Origin: Balanoglossus misakiensis | Taxonomy: Eukaryota > Animalia > Hemichordata | Length of the DNA stretch: 64,000 nt | Reading direction: 5' to 3' | Assembly (NCBI GenBank): GCA_040954595.2 | Contig: CM082577.2 | Location: 4,340,305-4,404,304, forward strand | In this document: positions 28,201 to 61,267 of the stretch, in pieces | Numbering within the stretch: the first letter of the stretch is position 1 | Layout of the letters: each line of letters opens with the position of its first letter | The notes under the pieces: generated by a model | Seen by the model: the letters and a program-made list of their open reading frames with translations, nothing else | What the model was told of the DNA's origin: nothing | Databases searched by the model: none | Translations under genes and position numbers: made by a program

Positions 28201-31200
28201 AATTTCAAAATTTGGCCGATTTTTGAAAAAATCATGGGTTATAGCTCATGAAAATCATCCAAAAATGAGAATTTTTCGACTTTGCGGAATTTCAAAAGTT
28301 GGCCGATTTTTGAAAAAATCATGGGTTATAGCTCATGAAAATCATCCAAAAATGAGAATTTTTCGACTTTGCGGAATTTCAAAATTTGGCCGATTTTTGA
28401 AAAAATCATGGGTTATAGCTCATGAAAAGCATCCAAAAATGAGAATTTTTCGACTTTGCGGAATTTCAAAATTTGGCCGATTTTTGAAAAAATCATGGGT
28501 TATAGCTCATGAAAATCATCCAAAAATGAGAATTTTTCGACTTTGCGGAATTTCAAAATTTGGCCGATTTTTGAAAAAATGATGGGTTGTAGCTCATGAA
28601 AATCATCCAAAAATGAGAATTTTTCGAATTTGCGGAATTTCAAAATTTGGCCGATTTTTGAAAAAATCATGGGTTATAGCTCATGAAAATCATCCAAAAA
28701 TGAGAATTTTTCGACTTTGCGGAATTTCAAAATTTGGCCGATTTTTGAAAAAATCATGGGTTATAGCTCATGAAAATCATCCAAAAATGAGAATTTTTCG
28801 ACTTTGCAGAATTTCAAAATTTGGCCGATTTTTGAAAAAATCATGGGTTATAGCTCATGAAAATCATCCAAAAATGAGAATTTTTCGACTTTGCGGAATT
28901 TCAAAATTTGGCCGATTTTTGAAAAAATCATGGGTTATAGCTCATGAAAATCATCCAAAAATGAGAATTTTTCGACTTTGCGGAATTTCAAAAGTTGGCC
29001 GATTTTTGAAAAAATCATGGGTTATAGCTCATGAAAATCATCCAAAAATGAGAATTTTTCGACTTTGCGGAATTTCAAAATTTGGCCGATTTTTGAAAAA
29101 ATCATGGGTTATAGCTCATGAAAATCATCCAAAAATGAGAATTTTTCGACTTTGCGGAATTTCAAAATTTGGCCGATTTTTGAAAAAATGATGGGTTGTA
29201 GCTCATGAAAATCATCCAAAAATGAGAATTTTTCGACTTTGCGGAATTTCAAAATTTGGCCGATTTTTGAAAAAATCATGGGTTATAGCTCATGAAAAGC
29301 ATCCAAAAATGAGAATTTTTCGACTTTGCGGAATTTCAAAATTTGGCCGATTTTTGAAAAAATCATGGGTTATAGCTCATGAAAATCATCCAAAAATGAG
29401 AATTTTTCGACTTTGCGGAATTTCAAAATTTGGCCGATTTTTGAAAAAATCATGGGTTATAGCTCATGAAAATCATTCAAAAATGAGAATTTTTCGACTT
29501 TGCGGAATTTCAAAAGTTGGCCGATTTTTGAAAAAATCATGGATTATAGCTCATGAAAGTCATCCAAAAATGAGAATTTTTCGACTTTGCGGAATTTCAA
29601 AATTTGGCCGATTTTTCAAAAAATCATGGGTTATAGCTCATGAAAATCATCCAAAAATGAGAATTTTTCGACTTTGCGGAATTTCAAAATTTGGCCGATT
29701 TTTGAAAAAATCATGGGTTATAGCTCATGAAAAGCATCCAAAAATGAGAATTTTTCGACTTTGCGGAATTTCAAAATTTGGCCGATTTTTGAAAAAATCA
29801 TGGGTTATAGCTCATGAAAAGCATCCAAAAATGAGAATTTTTCGACTTTGCGGAATTTCAAAATTTGACCGATTTTTGAAAAAATCATGGGTTATAGCTC
29901 ATGAAAATCATCCAAAAATGAGAATTTTTCGACTTTGCGGAATTTCAAAATTTGGCCGATTTTTGAAAAAATTATGGGTTATAGCTCATGAAAATCATCC
30001 AAAATGAGAATTTTTCGACTCTGCGGAATTTCAAAATATGGCCGATTTTTGAAAAAATCATGGGTTATAGCTCATGAAAATCATCCAAAAATGAGAATTT
30101 TTCGACTTTGCGGAATTTCAAAATTTGGCCGATTTTTGAAAAAATCATGGGTTATAGCTCATGAAAATCATCCAAAAATGAGAATTTTTCGACTTTGCGG
30201 AATTTCAAAATTTGGCCGATTTTTGAAAAAATCATGGGTTATAGCTCATGAAAATCATCCAAAAATGAGAATTTTTCGACTTTGCGGAATTTCAAAAGTT
30301 GGCCGATTTTTGAAAAAATCATGGGTTATAGCTCATGAAAATCATCCAAAAATGAGAATTTTTCGACTTTGCGGAATTTCAAAATTTGGCCGATTTTTGA
30401 AAAAATCATGGGTTATAGCTCATGAAAAGCATCCAAAAATGAGAATTTTTCGACTTTGCGGAATTTCAAAATTTCTTCATTTTTTAATAAAAATCATGGG
30501 TTACAGCTCATGAAAATCATCCAAAAATGAGAATTTTTCGACTTTGCGAATTTTCGAAATTTCTTCATTTTTTAATAAAAATCATGGGTTACAGCTCATG
30601 AAAATCATCCAAAAATGAGAATTTTTCGACTTTGCGGAATTTCAAAATTTGGCCGATTTTTGAAAAAATCATGGGTTATAGCTCATGAAAATCATCCAAA
30701 AATGAGAATTTTTCGACTTTGCGGAATTTCAAAAGTTGGCCGATTTTTGAAAAAATCATGGGTTATAGCTCATGAAAATCATCCAAAAATGAGAATTTTT
30801 CGACTTTGCGGAATTTCAAAATTTGGCCGATTTTTGAAAAAATCATGGGTTATAGCTCATGAAAATCATCCAAAAATGAGGATTTTTCGACTTTGCGAAT
30901 TTTCAAAATTTGGCCGATTTTTGAAAAAATCATGGGTTATAGCTCATGAAAATCATATAAAAATGAGAATTTTTCGACTTTGCGGAATTTCAAAATTTGG
31001 CCGATTTTTGAAAAAATCATGGGTTATAGCTCATGAAAATCATCCAAAAATGAGAATTTTTCGACTTTGCGGAATTTCAAAATATGGCCGATTTTTGAAA
31101 AAATCATGGGTTATAGCTCATGAAAATCATCCAAAAATGACAATTTTTCGACTTTGCAAATTTTCGAAAATTCTTCATTTTTTAATATAAATCATGGGTT

Positions 31201-32348
31201 ATAGCTCATGAAAATCATCCAAAAATGAGAATTTTTCGACTTTCCGAATTTTCAAAATTTGGCCGATTTTTGAAAAAATCATGGGTTATAGCTCATGAAA
31301 ATCATCCAAAAATGACAATTTTTCGACTTTGCAAATTTTCGAAAATTCTTCATTTTTTAATATAAATCATGGGTTATAGCTCATATATTCTCGACTTTGC
31401 GAAACTTGGTGATTCTGTCATTTTTGAACATTTTTCATGGGTTATACTTATAGCTCATGAAAATTGTCGAAAGATGAAAAATTCTCGACTTTGCGAAACT
31501 TTCTGATTCTGTCATTTTTTAACATTTTTCATGGATTATAGCTCACGAAAATTGTCAAAAGATGACAATTTCCCGCCTCTCTTTGCATTTCAGCCGATCA
31601 CACACACGTGATGGATATGTGGCACAAACCCCTGAAGTACGTGGTCCGACTCACCAAAACGCCGCCATATCAAGAGATTGCCGTCAGCGGACGTGGAGGC
31701 GAAGAAGATTGTGTTCGCACATGCGCAGGGGACGATAAATGCTTGACTATGATGTACACACCGGTAATTACCCTTGCTAAAATTATCGGGGAGTTAATAA
31801 ACTGTACATTCGTTAACCGAAGACTTTCTTTTTGCGTTGCGCCGTGGAGCGGAAGGGCTTGCAATAATGAATAAATCGTGCTTCTATAACGAATGAATAT
31901 TACAAAATACCATCAGTATTCAGAAAGGAATATAGTGTGAACTATTTACAATTTTGTTGCATTTTATATCTTCCAGAATAAAGATGCGAATACTGGCGTA
32001 TGTTTCTTCTTCGACGTGGAATTCCACAAATTGGATTTTTTTGCATGTCCCGATGAATACTCGCCACTGCAAATGTTGTTGTGTTCAGAGATCTGGGGTG
32101 AGATATAATTAAATTAATTGATTGACTGACTGACTGATTTATTTATTTATTTATTTATTAGAACAAGAACCTAAATACCCTTCCTTCCTCCCTTATTTAC
32201 TCGACTTACCTATTCACTTGCCTATTTACATACCTAATAATAGTATACATTCATATAATAATCCCTTAAGCAATTGATCCACCCATCCATCCATCCACTC
32301 AAAACTGATAAACTTTCCCCCTTTTCTCCAACAGTGATGCACCGATAA
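22268..32348 (+). CDS. Small secreted PAN/apple-domain-like protein, 119 aa, 4 exons
   Basis: Exons 22268-22322, 31594-31763, 31977-32097, 32335-32348 (GT-AG, 360 nt, in frame) give MKTVIFQILLLVLLGTVFA-DHTHVMDMWHKPLKYVVRLTKTPPYQEIAVSGRGGEEDCVRTCAGDDKCLTMMYTPNKDANTGVCFFFDVEFHKLDFFACPDEYSPLQMLLCSEIWVMHR*. Signal peptide plus PAN-like C-x3-C-x5-C-x15-C core. Confidence 0.75.
22414..31571. repeat. 87-bp tandem satellite, about 105 monomers, in intron 1 of the PAN-like gene
   Basis: Consensus TCATGAAAATCATCCAAAAATGAGAATTTTTCGACTTTGCGGAATTTCAAAATTTGGCCGATTTTTGAAAAAATCATGGGTTATAGC, head-to-tail; diverged monomers at both edges. Confidence 0.98.
32117..32160. repeat. Compound (TGAY)n/(TTTA)n microsatellite
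   Basis: attgattgactgactgactgatttatttatttatttatttatta. Confidence 0.8.
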
Positions 32349-32457
32349 GAAGAAATCCAAGTCACGTTTTTGAATATTTAAAAAGTAATTGAAGTCTTGC
32401 TGAAGAAATCACGTCCAAATTATGTTGTCTGTTTTCAGATCGACGTGTCTCGATATA

Positions 32458-32463
32458 AATAAA
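32458..32463 (+). promoter_or_regulatory. Candidate poly(A) signal of the PAN-like gene
   Basis: AATAAA 110 nt after the predicted TAA. Confidence 0.5.
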
Positions 32464-32605
32464 CCAAACAAGAACCCATTTAACTTGTTGTCTCATTGCA
32501 AATGTGAAATTGGTAGCTTTGATATTTTGCCACGATTCACACAACAATTGTCAAATAGCATCGATCGAGACAAGAATGAACAAAGCTTTTGCTATAAAAG
32601 TCAAT

Positions 32606-32611
32606 TTTATT
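32606..32611 (-). promoter_or_regulatory. Candidate poly(A) signal of the EGF/CUB membrane protein gene
   Basis: TTTATT on + (AATAAA on -), about 935 nt after the TGA at 33545-33547. Confidence 0.4.
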
Positions 32612-33544
32612 CAATTACACCTGTATTTAAAAAAAATCAGTTGCAAACGAGCCCTGCTCCACGTTCAAGAAAGAAAGAAAAAAGAAATGTTAAATACTTA
32701 AAGAATTAATGTAATGGGGAATGTCACCGAGTCTGCACGCTGATGTTATCTCACTTGAAGATGGCGGTCAAAGGTCAAAGAAAGCACGGACATTCGGGAT
32801 ACACGTTGCAGTAAGTACATGAATGGAACCTGGAGCCAAAGGATTACTAGAGAACTATTTTCACTGATGTATAAATTTTCCCCAAACTTCGAGTTAAAAA
32901 GTCACAGAAATAATTTAATGGTCAATGCGTGATATATATACTGCAGCAAGTCTTATGTCTTCATCAGTGAAGTGTTCTGAATATTTTCTGCCATGGAACA
33001 TCAGTGTGATGGAATCGCGTACGCGTTTTATGTCAATTAACAAAGTACATGTATATCCATGTTTTTCTGGCTTTGAATTTGAACGAAAAATAATTAAAAA
33101 TTAAAAAATCGCATTACAAAAGAGCAAATTAACTTCACGCCAACCGAGAAGATAGCCTCGCATCTGTACAACTACGCTTTGGTAAACTTTCTGTTACAAC
33201 ATTCCTTGTACATGTATATACACACCAGAAAAATATAAATGATGTAAAATAGGCAAAATGGGAAAAAACTATAATTTTGGTCAAATAAATGGCGGGGTTT
33301 TAGCACCGAGTAAATGTTTTTAAAAAAATGTGTAATTGAATCATGATTAAGATACCAATGTTGCTAATTCTTGCATTTTGTGATTTTTTTCATTAATCTG
33401 AGCAAACTGTTATTATAACAGCACAAGACATTTCAAAGGTGGGTTGTTGTTGTTGTTGTTATTGTAAACAGAGCAGATTGACGTCATTTTAGAAAGTTTG
33501 AAGGAGGGGGGGGGGGTAAATAATCAGCTTCATTCGTGTTGAAA

Positions 33545-56046
<22,502 letters not shown>

Positions 56047-59000
56047 CTGGAACTAGAAGAACACAGACAAAAAATGTATCAATCGCGTGCTCCTATAGTT
56101 CAGGTGCACAGCAGTGCGCATTTATTATTTTCAAGGCCTCCGTCCCATGTGAAATTCCCTCATATCCAACATTTGTTTTTCATATTTCCATGTTTGCTGC
56201 TGTTGTGATAATTTCCACTCACTATTGTCGATTAAAGACACACCGTTCAGTCTGGGCATTCTGTTTATCTTAAGATGACAGTCTCCAACAAATGCGGAGA
56301 AAAACGTGTAAATATTTTTCTGTCAATGAAACTGATCGAAATAGCAACACCATTATAGGAGACCCACTCCCGGTAAGTTGAGCGACTCTATACTTTTGTG
56401 TCAGCGCACCTGGCTAATATTGACACAAGGTCTGCGTTTGTGTTTCCTTTTCACCCCGAGAGATTTTAGAGATGCTTTTATGCCCTGCCCCCACGGGAGC
56501 AGTAGCAAAGAATGCCGCAGACGAAAATGGAACAGGACGTTTTGCATTTCTGCACGTAGGGGTCCATTGTCTATACTTTGGAGGCGGCAGTTTCGGCCAA
56601 TCGCCGCGGAAATGTCAATGACTTCTGTTTAAGTGAAAATGTCACATGTTAGCGCGTTGACAGTAGTCGCTTCAATTGTTGTCATGAGTCAACTATCTCG
56701 GTTCTTTCAGATCAGATAGGCCCCACTCCGCGATAAAATTACATCATTCAGGTGTGCGCACATTCCGATCATATTTGGCAACCATTGAAAATATCGAGGC
56801 TAGTATAATACTGTTTGCGAGTTTCTTTCAATCGCTCAACGGCAGCGCACCACTCCAGAACATGATATTTAACGAGCTGAAATGAATTATTTGTGTGTGA
56901 AGAGTACAGTTTGTGATTTAGGTTTGCAAACTGCGGCTGTGACGACATGCCGTCACGAGATTTTAGGAAGTCTCGCGCCAGGCTGCGTGGTTTTGTCCTT
57001 CACGCCCAAGCGCTGCAGCTCGCAAGTTATTCACGTCATAAGTCGCACAAGCCTGGATAACACTTTCTCAGTGTCGCCCCGAGGTGCGGATTTAGCGTGC
57101 CATTGTGTTGTTGGGGACCGGTGTAAAGGAAACTGTATACGGAGTGGCTTTGTTTTCTTCTTTGTGAATTCACGGCGCGGGGGTAAAGAGCTCAATTAGG
57201 ACAATGCTCAGATATCATATTACGAAATCAGTGCATGGCCTCGGGCGTGTCATGGTTTCACATTTTCCACTTCGATGTGTAATGAAATGTGATATTACCG
57301 AATTTACTATAAGCAGTACCCCCCTGTTACCAACTGTGTATTGGTTTTTATTACCTTGCGTATTTGAGACAAGAGAGAACACAAACAGGTGGTTTTGATG
57401 GCGTTCTTTCAGAAAACGAATTTCATTTTAAGGGATTATTGGTAACCAAGATTTTAGTGGGCGATTTCAAAAATTAATGTGCTTCACAAAACGTTCTCCT
57501 CGCAGCAAACGTCCAAAACTGTGCAGATGCGTATTTCCATGAATGTGCGCACATGCTATTTTAGGTTAGGGGGCTGTGATTGGCTGGATTATAATCCCAG
57601 GGATCGAGATTGTGACGACTTTTAGGAGGATGAGGAGACATGTAATCCGAGTACTAGTATTGTCTTTTCTTTTCAATTTCCAAAGCAATCCCTAACCCTG
57701 TACGAATTATAAAATCTGACCGAATAATCCATTCCGTTCCATGCGTTAGGTTTATTTTCTTTACGTTTGGATTAAAAGTAAAACCCTCACTTTCAGATCT
57801 CCCTGGTCAGTCAATAATGAACACCGACCAAAGGTTACTATTAAAGCACAAGCCTGACCCAGACAATATATCGTAAAAAGCGACCACGCAACAACAAAAA
57901 ATTGCCGGTTAATGTCTACAATTGCCAGACACTCGTTAAAAGTCGTTCACGTGAAATATCACTCTTGGGAGGAGAGGTTTGAATACAGTGTATGGCCACA
58001 ATAAAATGTATGAAACTACGTTTACACAATGTCACATCACTAGGGGATAAAGTCTGAACAAGTCCCCTGCATTTGTTATTGTGTGAAACAGGTTTATTGG
58101 AATAGGTCTATTGAGTAGTCTACAAACGTGACCGAATATTGTGTCGACTAAAAAGCGACGTCATATTGAAGCGTCACATGACAGTTCTTGCAGGTATGGT
58201 GTCTCAATTCTTTCCCATGATGCTTTGCGAGGCTGTGATTATGGCGCAAACGCGGGCCTGGACGTTTGACTGGTGCAAAAGAGTGGAGTGACCGTGGTTT
58301 ATGAGATTAAAATAAATACTGTATGCGTGAATGAGTGGAAGGTGCAGCCGAGATCCACTTCCGCGAAAGTGTATATGTACAACCCCGAGTAACTGCCTTT
58401 GGTAAATAGAATGTTTATGCGGGTGCAAAGCCTTTGATTGAAAATATTTAAAATCCTCATTTGGAACGTTTCAGATGAAGCCGACAAGGGAAGGTACATC
58501 GCGCTCACTTTGTAGTGTAACAAACTCAGCCGACCCAGAGCAAACTCGGGCATATTATGTAGACACGGTTTGCTGCTCCTCAAACATGCCACAGTGGGTT
58601 AATCAAACGACTTTCTTTGAGGGACTGTGGATCAATCAATGGGAAGAACGCTAATGTGGTTGTTTGTGTAAACATATTACCACCGTCTTCGTAAGTGGAA
58701 GTCAACATCAACGGGACAAGAAGTTCGACGACGGTGCATGTGACAGGCAAGAAAGTGTAGTGTCCACGGTGAAGGCACACCCCCACCCCCACCACGAAAG
58801 AGAGAATGGCTTCGACGCATATCGGCCATGCAGGGTCACTACCTTGGGGATTGACATGGCCTTAACTTGTGTGTACCTAAGGGGTCTCATCGGACTCGGT
58901 GTGAAAGGCGTGTTTTGTATTCAGTCCCAGTACACCGTTTGTGTAACTCCGTCTTACACGGATATTGTCCGCTAAGTGTTACCTTGATAATAGAAATGCA

Positions 59001-61218
59001 ATGAATATTATTTAAACCCATGGATCCCTGTACTTTTGGACAATGTGCCCTTCGTTTTATAAATAGCTATCGAAATAATGTTGGCCCAGTGTCTAGCCTG
59101 CCAGGGTACTCAACTCAGTTCCCCGTGACAAACAGTTTTATTATAAGCTTGCTTCAGGAAACATTCGCAATTGGGTGCGCTATATCTTTTCGACATTTTT
59201 TTTCTAGATGTGTCCTGCTCTCAAAAATGTCAACTTGTAGTCCGTCGTGCAAACATGGCCGCTTCACTAGTCTGTTGCCAACTGAGTAGCAAAATGCCGT
59301 AGCAAAGGGGAACGCGTCAGTGAACTTCGGCTATTCCATTGAGCTTGTTGCGACAGTAGATCGGTATTTGGTTCCATGAAAGAGACTGGGAGTTGTTCAT
59401 CTGGCGACCAACAATGGTTACTAAAACCCGAGGAATGTTACATGGGCTTCTTTACGGGGAACAAACACAGCCACTCAAAGTTATTAAAAGCGCGTAAACT
59501 TCTGCACTAAAGCGTTTCAAGGCCGCGTATATATAAAGTGGGCGAACTTCTTTTAGACAACTGTCATGCCCACACGTCCCAATAAGTCGTATACCGCTGC
59601 TTTATATTTCTCATAAAATGTCTCAATATTGTTGACATGTTTTTTTGGAAAAGGAACGACACGCGACCTTTCGGTTGACAAGCCATTACTTTGTCGAGAA
59701 TTGTGATAAACATGATAAATGGGCAGTTGGAATGTCGTGCAAGCGACATGCATATTAAATGATTCAGTGAACACATCTGATGAGAAAACTTCCGATAGAG
59801 GACGATTTTTGAGGGACACAAAATCAACTTGTACATCAGGGCATCAAGATTTTTCACATAGTAGCGAACTCTTGACGCGTGACGTTTCTCTGTACGACGT
59901 AGCACGGCGCGGCCGGCTACTTATATACTTGGGGTATGTTGTAGTGCAGCACACACGACAAATTTGACAAGTGGCTCAAATGCCGATGGTCGTTCCATAC
60001 TTTCGACGCTGTTTCCGCCTGGCCTGCAGCCCACTTATCACTTCATTTTCGTGCCAAAATAACTGACAGCTGAAGGATTTATTATTATGCATCACGGAAA
60101 TTATGCAACACCTGTCCTCAAAACCCCTGAACTGTTGCGAAACTAATGATGTACATGTACGTCATCGAAACACAAACGGCGGATTGCGGATCTGCATATG
60201 TACGCCACCATATGCTGTCTTGAATGCAGTCGACAAGACCAGTAACATGCATGAATCAAGATAGTTTACGCCTGTAGAAATTATTCATGTTTCTGGCGGA
60301 ACATAGACGACCACCTGTTGATTCCGTTCTCGTTGCATAACCCGCCTTACGCAAAACCCAGAAATTGCTGCCTGCAAATTCTAACGGGCGCCATCTTGTT
60401 TTCAAATTTTTGCAATTGTTCTGTAGCAACGGAACTATTTTTTATTTTTTGTAAGAGACCCAATCGTCGAGTATTTGCAAGGTACAGAGGAAGTTAAAAT
60501 CGTCTGCGAGGTGAGGATTTCAAAATAGCCAGTATTTGACGACACCCTTCGAAGTCACGGTTGCTTTTGTATCAGGCCTACACTAATGGACACTGAGTGC
60601 GCCATTAAAATGATTAAAGAGAAACACTTCTTGACCCGAAGACCCTTGTATAATAATGTCAAGTTTTATTTGTAGAAATCTACGGACGGGAGTGATTTTA
60701 GACGGGTTGCTAGGTTTCTTATGTGGTTTCACTGTGTCTAAATTACTTTACCTCGGGAAAAATAACTTAGGGTTCTAAGGCGGGAGTATGTGACCCGGGC
60801 AACATTACATGTGGTTACGTGAAGCTGGTTTTGAAAAACAAACAAACACTGGCAATGGCATTTTTGACAACTGGAACTCGTACTAGTTCGGCAGAGATCG
60901 TTGATTTTAAACACCTGTATAGTCGACAGTTTGATGGCCAGAATTGGTCAGCTCATCATGTGTCCAATTCAGTCGAGTACCATTTCAAATAGTTGGCACA
61001 GAATAAATTTGCTCGTAACTTCCAATGTTCATGGTTCAGCACATGTACTTTTTACAGGGGACTGACATTTAAACGGGGTTGACCATTCACGCGGATCGGA
61101 TGTACTAACTTTCATATCTGCTCTTGACAGGGGCTTAATAGATATTCTTGTGATCTCTTTCTGCGGAGCGAGGGGCCAGTCACTCTGTTGATGACACGTT
61201 CTGTTTGGTTTCAATGCC

Positions 61219-61267
61219 AGATAGACAGAAAGACAGACAGACAGACAGACAAACTGACAGAGACAGA
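61219..61267. repeat. Imperfect (GACA)n microsatellite
   Basis: Seen directly. Confidence 0.85.

Noticed and set aside
22785-31190. Long repetitive ORFs (up to 467 aa) as real protein-coding genes
   Set aside because: By-product of an 87-bp satellite unit; interrupted by stops and 1-bp indels, no synonymous bias, and inside a modelled intron.
22414-31571. CRISPR array
   Set aside because: Contiguous monomers with no unique spacers, no cas genes, eukaryotic context.
57354-57430. Signal-peptide exon candidate with a phase-1 donor
   Set aside because: In-frame stop just upstream, no ATG, and not hydrophobic enough.
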